The position numbers were made by a program, and so were the translations under genes. A DNA stretch of 64,000 nt from contig OZ246890.1 of assembly GCA_965231815.1 (NCBI GenBank), forward strand, positions 1,692,888 through 1,756,887. Reading direction: 5' to 3'. Shown piece by piece: positions 33,874-43,390 of this stretch. Source of the DNA: Acidimicrobiia bacterium. Its GTDB lineage: Bacteria > Actinomycetota > Acidimicrobiia > Spongiisociales > Spongiisociaceae. The notes under the pieces were generated by a model. That model was given only the letters and a program-made list of their open reading frames with translations, was not told the DNA's origin and ran no database searches. Within the stretch, counting starts at the first letter, position 1. Each line of letters opens with the position of its first letter.

Positions 33874-36054
33874 ATGTTCATGAACAGCCAATACAGCAGA
33901 GCGTTGCAACGAGCCTGTCGACTTACGATAAGCGGTCTGGCCGTGCTGGTGTTCCTGGCGGCGTGCGGCGAAAACGATACTCCGGTCTACTCGGACGGCG
34001 CCGACGATCTCTTTGTCGGCACTATCCGGCTCGGTGCGGCCCTCAGCGAGACCGGCAAGTACGCGGTGGAAGGTCGTGACGCGCGTCAAGGCTACGAAAC
34101 CTGGGTGAGGTGGGTGAACGATGAGTATGGCGGTATCAGGATCGGTGACGATCGCTACCGGGCCGAGATTATCTATTACGACGACGAGTCCGATGCCGAC
34201 ACCGCCGCCAATCTCGTTCAGAAGCTCATCGACGATGACCAGGTTGATTTCCTGCTCGGACCCTATTCGAGTGGTTTGACCACGGGCGCCAGCGCCATTG
34301 CCGAGGCCAACGGCGTCATTATGGTGGAAGGCAACGGAACTTCCGATACCTTGTTCGAGCGGGGCTTCCGCAACCTCTTCCTGGTGGCGACCCTGGCTAG
34401 CGACTACACCAAATCCGGTATCGAGATGCTTGCCGCCCAAGGAGCGCGTACCGCCGTCATAGCCTACGAGGACACCTCTTTTCCGACCTCGGTTGCCGAG
34501 GGCGCCCGCCGTCACCTCGAGGCGGCCGGAATCGAGGTGCTGTCGATGGAGTCCTACCCCAAAGACATTCAGGACGCCACCGCGATCATGACCAAGTTCC
34601 GGGAACTGGAACCCGACATGTTCGTCGGAGGAGGTCATTACAACGACGCTTTGTTGTTCGTTGCCGCCGCGAAGGAACTGGATTTCACTCCTGACGGGAT
34701 GCTGATAACTGTCGGTCCGTCAAACCCGAAACTGATCGAAGAGTTGGGTGAAGACGCCGAAGGCTTGCTGGGTCCTACCCAATGGGAGCCGGTGATGGCC
34801 TACGAGGGTCCCTACTTCGGCCGAGCCTCCGACTATGCCGAGTATTTCGAGCGACAGTGGGGCGAGCCGCCCGTTTACCAGGCAGCAAGCGCCACCGCGG
34901 CCGCCCTAGCCCTGCACTTGGCGATCGAGGCGGCCGGAACCCTCGGAACCGACGAGGTCCGGGAAGCCCTGTATGCACTCCAGGCCGACACCTTCTTCGG
35001 CCCTATCGCCTTTGACGAGCGCGGTGTCAACCCTTCCAAGCCGATGGGTACCATCCAGGTTCAGGAAGGGAAGATTCGAGTGGTGGCGCCGGCAGAGGCG
35101 GCGGCCGCTCAACTGCGATACGCAACTGCAGAGCCAGACTCCGGGAGAGGCGGATCGTCGTCGGCGCGCCTGGCGCAGACCCTGATCAACGGAATCGCCC
35201 TCGGGGGTATGTACACCATCCTCGTGCTGGGTTTCTCCATCATCTGGGGGGTTATGGGGGTGATCAACTTCGCTCATGGCGAGTTCGTGATGCTCGGCGC
35301 CTACCTGGCCTGGTTGGGCAACCACCTATGGGGAATCGATCCGTTCCTCACCATTCCGGTCGTGTTCCTGTTGATGATGCTGCTCGGCTACGGGACCCAG
35401 CGGTTTCTGGTCAATCGGGTCATCGATCGGCCACACCTGGTGTCGTTGCTGGTGATGTTCGGGGTGGCCATCATCATGCAGAACCTCCTCAAGGCGGTCT
35501 TCTCGGCGGACTTTCGGCGCGCCGACACCGTACTCGACGGGGCGTGGGCCCTCGCCGGGAGCGTCACCATACCGGTGACCCGCTTCTGGATCATGCTCAT
35601 CGGCCTGGCGATCACAGCCCTCCTCAGCCTGTTCCTCGCCCGAACCCGGCTCGGAAAAAGCATCCGGGCAGCGGCTCAGAACCGCGAAGCCGCCCGGATA
35701 GTCGGTATCGATGTCGGCAAGGTCTACAGCATCACCTTTGCATTGTGCATAGGTATTACCGGGGTGGCCGGGGTGCTGGTCAGCCCGGTACTGGGTATCC
35801 AACCCTTCCAGGGCGCCCCGCTAACCCTCAAGGCCTTCGCCATCACCGCCATGGCCGGTCTCGGATCGGTTCGGGGCGCAATAGGCGGCGCCTTGGTGCT
35901 CGGATTGGTTGAAGCCGGGCTGGCGACCTACATCCCCCGTATCGGTACCAATCTTGCGGTGGTGGCCTCTTTCGTCGTACTTGTGGTCGCCCTGATCCTC
36001 CGGCCCCAGGGTCTGTTCGGAGGGTTGAGGACCGTGGATGCCACGGCCACATGA
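33874..36054 (+). CDS. Fusion of a LivJ-type (Peripla_BP_6) substrate-binding lipoprotein and a LivH-type ABC permease
   Basis: Lipobox LAACG. SBP part: IRLGAALSETGKYAVEGRDARQGYETWV...LLGPYSSGLT. After a Gly/Ser linker (~residue 425), the LivH core: LINGIALGGMYTILVLGFSIIWGVMGVINFAHGEFVMLGAY...RAAAQNREAARIVGID. One uninterrupted 726-aa ORF. Confidence 0.8.
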   Translation: MFMNSQYSRALQRACRLTISGLAVLVFLAACGENDTPVYSDGADDLFVGTIRLGAALSETGKYAVEGRDARQGYETWVRWVNDEYGGIRIGDDRYRAEIIYYDDESDADTAANLVQKLIDDDQVDFLLGPYSSGLTTGASAIAEANGVIMVEGNGTSDTLFERGFRNLFLVATLASDYTKSGIEMLAAQGARTAVIAYEDTSFPTSVAEGARRHLEAAGIEVLSMESYPKDIQDATAIMTKFRELEPDMFVGGGHYNDALLFVAAAKELDFTPDGMLITVGPSNPKLIEELGEDAEGLLGPTQWEPVMAYEGPYFGRASDYAEYFERQWGEPPVYQAASATAAALALHLAIEAAGTLGTDEVREALYALQADTFFGPIAFDERGVNPSKPMGTIQVQEGKIRVVAPAEAAAAQLRYATAEPDSGRGGSSSARLAQTLINGIALGGMYTILVLGFSIIWGVMGVINFAHGEFVMLGAYLAWLGNHLWGIDPFLTIPVVFLLMMLLGYGTQRFLVNRVIDRPHLVSLLVMFGVAIIMQNLLKAVFSADFRRADTVLDGAWALAGSVTIPVTRFWIMLIGLAITALLSLFLARTRLGKSIRAAAQNREAARIVGIDVGKVYSITFALCIGITGVAGVLVSPVLGIQPFQGAPLTLKAFAITAMAGLGSVRGAIGGALVLGLVEAGLATYIPRIGTNLAVVASFVVLVVALILRPQGLFGGLRTVDATAT

Positions 36055-37162
36055 GGAACCGGCGCCTCCGGAACGGCCCATGGTCGGTTCTAAGGGAGCG
36101 ACTCCGGAGGGGCGGCCCGTGAAGAACACCGCCGGGGATCGATCAGTCGAGGGTATCTCCCGAGGCGGCCGAGCCACTCGGACCGTCCTCGGACTGTCTG
36201 TCGTGATCCTGACCCTACTGCTAATCGCGCCGCTACTCCCAGGTGTCAACGACGCGAGGTTGTTCACCTTCACGCTGATGTTCACGGCTATAGGAGTGGC
36301 GGTGAACTGGAACCTGACCGGCGGGTTTACCGGGTACGTAGATTTCGGACATGCCGTCTGGTTCGGGATCGGCGCCTACACCACGGCCATCCTGATGTCC
36401 CTGCAGAGCAACGGACCGCAGATCGGCTGGACTCCCTTACCCGCGGTTGTGTTAGGGGCGCTGGTGGCGGGGTTCCTGGCCGCGGTCATCGGGCGGGTGA
36501 CGATGCGGCTCAAGGGTCCGTACTTCTCGATCGCCATGCTCGCCACGTTTGTAGCGGTGCGAGAAATAGTACGGGTGTGGGGCGGGCTGACCGGGGGAGG
36601 GGTCGGCCTTACCCTACCCCCCTACCTCAACCGGCCGCTCTTCTACTACATCGAACTCGGGTTGGTGACCGCCCTGGTGGGATTCACCTGGTGGCTGCGC
36701 AGTACGAGGTTCGGGGCCGCGTTGGTGGCGATCCGTGAGGACGAAACCGCGGCGGAGATGCGCGGGATCGATACTACCCGTCTGAAGGTCATGGTGTTTA
36801 GCTTCGCCGGGTTCTCCACCGGCCTGTTCGGTGGTCTGTGGGCATACCAGAACACCTTTGTCGATCCTGATATTGCCTTCGTCGAGGTGCGCACCCTCGA
36901 TGCGGTTTTGGGCACGATCCTGGGGGGGTTGGGCACGGTGGCCGGCCCGGTCGTCGGGACGGCGGTTCTGTTCTGGCTGCGCGAGTTGCTCTGGTCTCAC
37001 CTCCTCGACTACCACCTGATCGCGCAGGGAGTGCTCCTCATCGTGATAGTCCTCTTACTCCCGAGGGGTTTGTTGGGGAGTTTCGACGCCCGAGGGACCA
37101 CCATCAGCCGGATATGGCGAAGCCGTCCAGGTCAGAGGAAAGACTCCGAGGGAGCGCTATGA
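36038..37162 (+). CDS. livM: Branched-chain amino acid ABC transporter permease (LivM type)
   Basis: NLTGGFTGYVDFGHAVWFGIGAYT...GPYFSIAMLATF...AIREDETAAEMRGID. The start is uncertain and probably downstream of 36038. Confidence 0.85.
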   Translation: MPRPHEEPAPPERPMVGSKGATPEGRPVKNTAGDRSVEGISRGGRATRTVLGLSVVILTLLLIAPLLPGVNDARLFTFTLMFTAIGVAVNWNLTGGFTGYVDFGHAVWFGIGAYTTAILMSLQSNGPQIGWTPLPAVVLGALVAGFLAAVIGRVTMRLKGPYFSIAMLATFVAVREIVRVWGGLTGGGVGLTLPPYLNRPLFYYIELGLVTALVGFTWWLRSTRFGAALVAIREDETAAEMRGIDTTRLKVMVFSFAGFSTGLFGGLWAYQNTFVDPDIAFVEVRTLDAVLGTILGGLGTVAGPVVGTAVLFWLRELLWSHLLDYHLIAQGVLLIVIVLLLPRGLLGSFDARGTTISRIWRSRPGQRKDSEGAL

Positions 37163-37914
37163 CCAACCTCCTCGAGGCGCAAGGCCTTGTCAAACGGTTC
37201 GGTGGCTTGACCGCCGTAGACGGGGTCGACATAGCCGTCGGCCGAGGTGAGATGGTCGGCTTGATAGGTCCGAACGGGAGTGGCAAGACCACTCTCTTCG
37301 ACTGCCTGAGCAGGGTTACGGAGATCGACGAAGGAGCAATCCGCTTCGAGGGTAGGGATATCACCCGGCTCCGTCCGCATCAGGTTGCAAGACTCGGGAT
37401 GGCCCGCACGTTCCAGGTCATCAGGGTGTATAGAGACCTCACGGTAGCGGAGAACATGGAGTTGAGCATCCAGTGGAATCGGGTGGGTGGAGCCGGCCTC
37501 TTCCGGAGCACCGATCCCGCTACCCGGACGCAGGTTGACTCCCTGCTCGAGTTTCTGCTGCTTTCCGACCTCCGGCTGGAGAAGGCGGGCACCCTCTCCG
37601 GAGGCCAGCGCCGCCTACTCGAGATCGGCATGGCCTTGATGAGCGAACCGAAACTGCTCCTCCTCGATGAAGCCACCTCCGGTGTGAACCCGACGCTCAT
37701 CGTCGAAATAGCGGACCGGCTCCGCGTTATCAACGCGGGTGGCGTGGCGATCCTGCTTGTGGAACATAATGTCGGGTTCGTGGCTGACCTGTGCGAGCGG
37801 ATCGTGGTGCTGGACCGGGGGGCCAAACTCGCCGAAGGAACCCCTCACCGGATCATGCAAGATCCGGCAGTGATCGAGGCATACTTCGGTACCCGAGCGG
37901 GAGAGGACGGTTGA
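37159..37914 (+). CDS. livG: ABC transporter ATP-binding protein (LivG type)
   Basis: MTNLLEAQGLVKRFGGLTAVDGVD...GPNGSGKTTLF...LSGGQRRLLEIGMAL...LLLDEATSG. ATGA overlap with livM. Confidence 0.9.
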   Translation: MTNLLEAQGLVKRFGGLTAVDGVDIAVGRGEMVGLIGPNGSGKTTLFDCLSRVTEIDEGAIRFEGRDITRLRPHQVARLGMARTFQVIRVYRDLTVAENMELSIQWNRVGGAGLFRSTDPATRTQVDSLLEFLLLSDLRLEKAGTLSGGQRRLLEIGMALMSEPKLLLLDEATSGVNPTLIVEIADRLRVINAGGVAILLVEHNVGFVADLCERIVVLDRGAKLAEGTPHRIMQDPAVIEAYFGTRAGEDG

Positions 37915-37916
37915 GG

Positions 37917-38657
37917 ATGGCAAGCGAGGCCGCCGTCCCCTTACTCGAGGTGATCGACCTGACCGCCGGTTACTACACGGGCCATGACGTCATCAAGGGT
38001 GTCGGCCTGGAGGTCTCGCGAGGAGAGATTGTCTGCGTGCTCGGTCCCAACGGGGCTGGGAAGTCCACGGTGTTCAAGGCGATCTACGGGTTGGCGACCA
38101 TACGGTCCGGGCGGGTGCTCTGCGCGGGGCGGGATATCACGGGTATCGCCCCCCAGCATGCGTTGCCGGTGGCGGGAATTGCGATGGTGCCGCAGCTCCG
38201 CAGCGTGTTCCCGCAAATGACCGTGTACGAGAATCTTGAACTGGGCATGTTCCTGGAGCGGGACAGGACGCGGATACGGGAACGCATCGACTACGTGTAC
38301 GAGCTGTTTCCAAGGCTGGCGGAAAGGTCGAGCCAGGATGCCGGGACCATGTCAGGGGGGGAGCAGCGTATGCTCGAGATCGGCCGCTCACTCATGTACG
38401 AGCCCCGTTTGGTGTTGATGGACGAACCATCGGTGGGTCTCGCGCCGATAGTGACCAGACAGGTCTTCGGGGCGATACACCGGCTCAACCGCGAGATCGG
38501 GTTGACGGTGCTGATGATCGAACAGAATGCTCGTCAAGCTCTCGAGGTCAGCCACCGCGGTTACGTGCTGGAATCAGGCCGTCGCACCTACCAGGGTCGT
38601 TCCGGTGATCTGCTGGCCGATCGCGACGTCAGGAGAGCCTTCCTCGGCATGCAATGA
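37917..38657 (+). CDS. livF: ABC transporter ATP-binding protein (LivF type)
   Basis: LLEVIDLTAGY...GPNGAGKSTVFK...MSGGEQRMLEIGRSL...VLMDEPSVGLAP. Confidence 0.9.
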   Translation: MASEAAVPLLEVIDLTAGYYTGHDVIKGVGLEVSRGEIVCVLGPNGAGKSTVFKAIYGLATIRSGRVLCAGRDITGIAPQHALPVAGIAMVPQLRSVFPQMTVYENLELGMFLERDRTRIRERIDYVYELFPRLAERSSQDAGTMSGGEQRMLEIGRSLMYEPRLVLMDEPSVGLAPIVTRQVFGAIHRLNREIGLTVLMIEQNARQALEVSHRGYVLESGRRTYQGRSGDLLADRDVRRAFLGMQ

Positions 38658-38763
38658 TCTCCGGTGCTGTGGCGGTATCGAGCTGTGTTTATGCTAAACT
38701 ACCGATACTTAGCGGTTGACCTTTCCCCGACAGGGTGACAAGGATGATCGACAGGAGGTCAAT

Positions 38764-39144
38764 ATGGGATTCATTCACACTATCGCATCGATCAGGAATC
38801 CGGCCCAGCCCGATCGAGTTTGGGAAGGGACCTTCCTGGTCGACACCGGCGCGATCGATTGCCTAGTGCCTCGCCCTTATCTGGAGTCGATTGGCTTGCA
38901 GCCGGAGGGGCAAAGGACGTACGGGCTAGCTGACGGGAGCGCCACAACCTTAGACGTTGCGGTCGGCAGAGTGGAGATGATGGGCGAACTCGTAGGAGCG
39001 ACGATCGTATTCGGAGAGGATGAAGCCGAGCCGCTGCTCGGTGTCACCGCCTTGGAATCGTTAGGTATCGAGGTGGATCCACTCAGCCAGACGTTGAAAA
39101 AGCGGCAGGTGGTAAGGCTCCGGGGTGGGTTCCGTCCGAAGTGA
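38764..39144 (+). CDS. Stand-alone retropepsin-like (clan AA) aspartic protease
   Basis: MGFIHTIASIRNPAQPDRVWEGTFLVDTGAIDCLVP...GATIVFGEDEAEPLLGVTALESLGIEVD. Has the D-T-G-A active-site motif. 126 aa. Confidence 0.65.
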   Translation: MGFIHTIASIRNPAQPDRVWEGTFLVDTGAIDCLVPRPYLESIGLQPEGQRTYGLADGSATTLDVAVGRVEMMGELVGATIVFGEDEAEPLLGVTALESLGIEVDPLSQTLKKRQVVRLRGGFRPK

Positions 39145-39156
39145 CGGGGAACCGGT

Positions 39157-39197
39157 TAGCCCTGATGGTTCCATACACCGGATAGTACGGCCGCTAG
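39157..39197 (+). repeat. Possible internally deleted remnant of MITE family 1
   Basis: tagccctgatggttccatacaccggatagtacggccgctag resembles the family-1 left end (tagccctgattattcaggtttcccacacaccg) joined to fragments of its internal gatagctgtac block and a ...gctag terminus. Confidence 0.3.
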
Positions 39198-39254
39198 TCT
39201 TTCGTTAGGCCGCCCGCCGGACCACGGAAAGGGCGGAGCGCAACCGAGGAGGAG

Positions 39255-40346
39255 ATGGAAATGCCGCGCACGGTGCAAGGTGTGGTCTCGAAGGCAGTTG
39301 GTGAGCCGGTAACGTTGGAGAACATCATCGTTCCCGACCCGGGTCCCGGGGAGGCGGTGGTAGAGATACAAGCTTGTGGTGTGTGCCATACGGATCTTCA
39401 TTACCGCGAAGGTGGGATTAGCAACGACTTCCCCTTCTTCCTCGGTCACGAGGCGGCGGGAGTGGTGCAAGAGGTCGGTCCGGGAGTTACCGAAGTCGCA
39501 CCCGGAGACTTCGTGATCCTAAACTGGCGGGCCGTGTGTGGCCAGTGCCGTTCCTGTCTCAAGGGTAGGCCGAACATCTGTTTCAACACGCACAACGCGG
39601 TGCAGAAGATGACCTTGGAAGACGGCACCGAGTTGTCGGCCACACTCGGTATCGGCGCATTCGCCGAAGCTACCCTGGTAGCAGCCGGGCAGTGCACCAA
39701 GGTCAACCCCGAAGCTGCTCCGGAGGTGGCCGGTCTCCTAGGTTGCGGGGTTATGGCCGGCATCGGCGCCGCGATGAATACCGGTGGAGTGGGCCGGGGC
39801 GACAGCGTGGCGGTCTTCGGCTGCGGTGGTGTGGGCGATGGCGCCATAGTCGGCGCCAAACTGGCCGGCGCCACCACCATCATCGGGGTAGACATCGACG
39901 GTCGTAAGCTGGAGTGGGCTCGGGAGTTCGGCGCCACCCACACGATCAATTCCGCCGAGATGGACCCTGTTGAGGAAATCAGGTCGCTCACCGGAGGCAA
40001 CGGGGCGGACGTGACCATCGAAGCGATCGGGCTGCCCCACGTCTATCGCCAAGCCTTCGAAGCGCGGGATCTGGCCGGAACGGTCGTGCTGGTGGGCGTT
40101 CCCACCCCCGACATGACCATTGAACTGCCATTCATCGAGGTGTTTGGCCGAGGGGGTGCCTTGAAATCGAGTTGGTACGGCGACTGCCTCCCCTCGAAGG
40201 ACTTCCCCATGCTCATCGACCTGTACCTGCAGGGGCGGCTCGATCTGGACCGTTTCGTCTCGGAGACGATCGGGCTGGGTGATGTGGAGGAGGCCTTCCA
40301 CAAGATGGAGCGGGGTGAGGTTCTCCGTTCCGTGGTCGTCATCTGA
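39255..40346 (+). CDS. Class III Zn-dependent alcohol dehydrogenase, S-(hydroxymethyl)mycothiol/formaldehyde dehydrogenase type
   Basis: [57 protein letters not shown]...[19 protein letters not shown]. Confidence 0.88.
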   Translation: MEMPRTVQGVVSKAVGEPVTLENIIVPDPGPGEAVVEIQACGVCHTDLHYREGGISNDFPFFLGHEAAGVVQEVGPGVTEVAPGDFVILNWRAVCGQCRSCLKGRPNICFNTHNAVQKMTLEDGTELSATLGIGAFAEATLVAAGQCTKVNPEAAPEVAGLLGCGVMAGIGAAMNTGGVGRGDSVAVFGCGGVGDGAIVGAKLAGATTIIGVDIDGRKLEWAREFGATHTINSAEMDPVEEIRSLTGGNGADVTIEAIGLPHVYRQAFEARDLAGTVVLVGVPTPDMTIELPFIEVFGRGGALKSSWYGDCLPSKDFPMLIDLYLQGRLDLDRFVSETIGLGDVEEAFHKMERGEVLRSVVVI

Positions 40347-40361
40347 TCCGGTTGATGATTC

Positions 40362-40991
40362 ATGTCTCTGGAACTGGTTACCACGGATGGGTTCTTCCGG
40401 CTTGACGGGGGTGAGTGGGCGGTAACCAACAACGTTTGGATGGTGGGAGACGACAGCGAGGTTCTCGTATTCGACGCCGGGCACGACCACGGTCCGATCG
40501 TGGAAGCCGTGGCCGGACGCAGGGTAGAGGCGATCGTCCTCACTCATGGCCACAACGACCATATCGACGCGGCCGTTCCGTTACGAGAGCAGGTGGACGC
40601 CCCGATCCTGATCCACCCTGCCGATCGGATGCTGTGGGAAATGGTCTATCCGGCTACCGAACCCGACCGAGACCTGGAGGACGGCCAAACTCTCAAAGTG
40701 GCCGGCCATCGGCTCGGCGTGATCCACACTCCGGGACATTCACCCGGTTCTTGCTGCTTCAGGGATGAGGCAGGTGGTCTGGTGTTCTCCGGTGACACCC
40801 TGTTTAACGGTGGTCCGGGAGCGACCGGGCGGAGCTTCAGCGATTACCCGACCATCCTGCGTAGCATCCGGGACCTGCTGCTTACCCTGCCGGACGAGAC
40901 CATTGTCCACACCGGCCACGGCGCCAGCACCACCATCGGCTCGGAGCGGCAGGGTGTCCTGGATCGGATCGCGAAGCTTGGATCGGGCTGA
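40362..40991 (+). CDS. MBL-fold metallo-hydrolase (glyoxalase II-like)
   Basis: VLTHGHNDHIDAA...VIHTPGHSPGS...FSGDTLFNGGPG...HTGHG. The usual partner gene of the mycothiol-type dehydrogenase. Confidence 0.85.
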   Translation: MSLELVTTDGFFRLDGGEWAVTNNVWMVGDDSEVLVFDAGHDHGPIVEAVAGRRVEAIVLTHGHNDHIDAAVPLREQVDAPILIHPADRMLWEMVYPATEPDRDLEDGQTLKVAGHRLGVIHTPGHSPGSCCFRDEAGGLVFSGDTLFNGGPGATGRSFSDYPTILRSIRDLLLTLPDETIVHTGHGASTTIGSERQGVLDRIAKLGSG

Positions 40992-41063
40992 GGTTCAAGG
41001 TACTGGACGCCGAAGGTATGCGAGCCTACTCGTCAGGGATACGGGTATACTCGGCAATCGCCC

Positions 41064-41151
41064 GTCGGAGTGGCGGAATTGGTAGACGCGCTAGGTTGAG
41101 GGCCTAGTGCCCTTATAGGGCGTGGAGGTTCGAGTCCTCTCTCCGACACCA
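41064..41151 (+). tRNA. tRNA-Leu (anticodon GAG), class II with long variable arm, CCA encoded
   Basis: Acceptor GTCGGAG/CTCCGAC, anticodon stem CTAGG/CCTAG with loop TTGAGGG, variable arm GCCCT..AGGGC, T-loop GGTTCGAGTCC, A73-CCA. Confidence 0.92.
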
Positions 41152-41361
41152 ACATGCTCCAGTATCGAGTCCCTCGTGAACAACCGAGAGTTCGATGGCG
41201 AGCAATACATCAATATCGGGACCGAATGCTCTACGCTAATCCTGCGCGTAAGCAGCAGGGGGAGCGGTCGGTAGCGATTCCCCGAGCCGGTGATTTCAGG
41301 CGTATCGAACGTTCCGAGGCTGTTCGAGCGGCCCCCGGACCGATTACCGGAGCAACACGAG

Positions 41362-42765
41362 ATGGGAGGACGGGTGAGGTACCAACGCAGAGGATCGCTG
41401 TTTATGATCCCGGCAGTTCTGGCCCTGGTCGCAACAGCCTGCGGTTCGCCCAACCCACCTCCTCCCACGGCGGCGCCGACTACGAGCGTCGTATCAACTA
41501 CTACGGCGCCGACTACAACCACGGTTCCTGCCACGACGACCGCTCCCACTACGACAACAACCATACCTACCACCACCATCGGACCTACCACCACTGCACC
41601 CCCCGTCACGGTCATACGAGAGATCGTCCGCGAAGTGGTGGTCCAGCCTGAAGAGCAGGATGAACAGGAGGAGCCGGAGAATCTCACTCCGGCGATTCCT
41701 CCCGCTCCTCTCGTTACGGTGCGGATCAACGGTGGACCGCTCTATCCCTACAACTTGTGGGCTGCTTCCAAGGAGTTGGGCATCGCCGAGGAGCTAAACA
41801 TCGAGTTGGATATCGTGGGTCAAGCCTTCTTTCCGGCCGCTGCGCTCCAGCGGGGGGAACTCGACGTGATCGCCTCATGCCCTACCTGTACGTTCGCGGT
41901 TTACGAGAGCATTCCCGGGTTCCGCAACTGGATCACCGCCTACCAATGGCGTGGGTTCCAGGTCATCGGACGGCAAGACCCTGAGACTGATGGGCCGGTG
42001 CACAAACCATGGCTTGATTTCTATGTCGAGGCAGGGGGCGATGTGGGCCTGGCCAATCGTGAGTTTGTCATATCGCTGACCGGTCGGAGCTTCGCCATCT
42101 GGGATCCCGGTAGCCTTCCCGCGCTCACGGCATTGCTCGACCAGGGTGGGCTAACCATCGACGATGTGGAGATCATCGGCGCCGCCGACATCGAAGGTGC
42201 ATCCACCGCGTTCCTGGCAGGGCAGGGGGACTACCACATCGGTGACAGCATGGAGATGCATCAGATGCTGGTGTCTCCCGATTTGAGGGACCGATTCGTC
42301 TCGGCGGCCCCGTTTCAAGCCTTCGGGCCCGCCGGATTGTGGTACAGCACCTTCGCGTCGACCCACGACTGGCTTGATGAGAACGAGGAGACAGCCCTCC
42401 GGATGATTGCCATCTGGTACCGAACCATTCGTTACCTGCACAACCGTACCGGTTCGGTTCTTCCACCCATGCACGAGGCGGTGCGGCGAGCAGGCGGTCA
42501 GTTAGTAAGCGACGAAGTTCTGACCGCGGAGTTGTTCGCAATCGCCGACTTCGTGCGGTTCCAGGATGCTTGGGACCACTACTTCGCCGAGGGCTCGCCT
42601 ACCCGTATGGACCTGTCGATCACACACTCTCATACCGAGGCTGTGGAAGCCGGAACGGTCCCCGCCGATTCCGACTGGAGCGTCTTCGAAGTCGAGGCGG
42701 AGTGGTTCCGGAAGCTTCAGGCTCGGCCGGATCTGCTCGACTGGATAATGAAGCCCCTCACCTGA
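41362..42765 (+). CDS. Lipoprotein, probable ABC-transporter substrate-binding protein (NMT1/SsuA-like) with Thr/Pro-rich linker
   Basis: Lipobox LVATACGS, TTAPTTTTVPATTT linker, then a two-lobed SBP-like sequence. The functional family assignment is weak. Confidence 0.5.
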   Translation: MGGRVRYQRRGSLFMIPAVLALVATACGSPNPPPPTAAPTTSVVSTTTAPTTTTVPATTTAPTTTTTIPTTTIGPTTTAPPVTVIREIVREVVVQPEEQDEQEEPENLTPAIPPAPLVTVRINGGPLYPYNLWAASKELGIAEELNIELDIVGQAFFPAAALQRGELDVIASCPTCTFAVYESIPGFRNWITAYQWRGFQVIGRQDPETDGPVHKPWLDFYVEAGGDVGLANREFVISLTGRSFAIWDPGSLPALTALLDQGGLTIDDVEIIGAADIEGASTAFLAGQGDYHIGDSMEMHQMLVSPDLRDRFVSAAPFQAFGPAGLWYSTFASTHDWLDENEETALRMIAIWYRTIRYLHNRTGSVLPPMHEAVRRAGGQLVSDEVLTAELFAIADFVRFQDAWDHYFAEGSPTRMDLSITHSHTEAVEAGTVPADSDWSVFEVEAEWFRKLQARPDLLDWIMKPLT

Positions 42766-42800
42766 TGTCACCGACCTCAGGTACCAACGAGGGTTCAGGA

Positions 42801-43328
42801 ATGTACCGTACCGACGCGATACCGGTAGGCAGGCCGGTATTCCATCCGACCGCCTTCGTTGCTCCCGGAGTACATGTATATGGTGACGTAACCCTCCAGG
42901 CCAACTCGGTGATCATGTTCGGAGTCGTAATCAGGGCCGAGTTCGGTCCGGTGGAGGTGGGGTGCTACTCCAACATACAGGATGGAGTGGTGATGCATGT
43001 CGACGAAGGATTCCCATGCACGGTGGGCGCCCACAGCACTGTGGGTCACAGCGCGGTTCTCCACGGGACCACGATCGGGGAACGGTGCTTGGTAGGGATA
43101 GGCGCGAGGGCACTCAACGGATCGGAACTCGGCGAGGGGGCCTGGTTAGCCTCCGGGGCGGTGCTTCCGGAAGGCAGGAAGATCCCACCATGGACGCTGG
43201 CCTTGGGGATTCCCGCCAAACCGGTCAGGAAACTCACCGAGGCCGAGATCGAGCGCCAGCGGCACGGGGTGGAGTCATACCAGAGGCTTGCCACCACCTA
43301 CCGCCGACTTCTCGACTCACCCGGCTAG
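42801..43328 (+). CDS. Gamma-carbonic anhydrase-family (left-handed beta-helix) protein
   Basis: FVAPGVHVYGDVTLQANSVIMFGVVIRAEFGPVEVGCYSNIQDGVVMHVDEG...VGHSAVLHGTTIGERCLVGIGA. Confidence 0.85.
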   Translation: MYRTDAIPVGRPVFHPTAFVAPGVHVYGDVTLQANSVIMFGVVIRAEFGPVEVGCYSNIQDGVVMHVDEGFPCTVGAHSTVGHSAVLHGTTIGERCLVGIGARALNGSELGEGAWLASGAVLPEGRKIPPWTLALGIPAKPVRKLTEAEIERQRHGVESYQRLATTYRRLLDSPG

Positions 43329-43390
43329 CGTCTCCCGGCCACGTTCCGGGAATCCGGCGCGGACGGTGCTGGCGGGTCGTATGGCTATTG

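Noticed and set aside
41152-41361. Possible TPP or other riboswitch between tRNA-Leu and the NMT1/SsuA-like binding-protein gene.
   Set aside because: No CUGAGA or ACCUGA TPP core elements were seen. The similarity is too weak to call.
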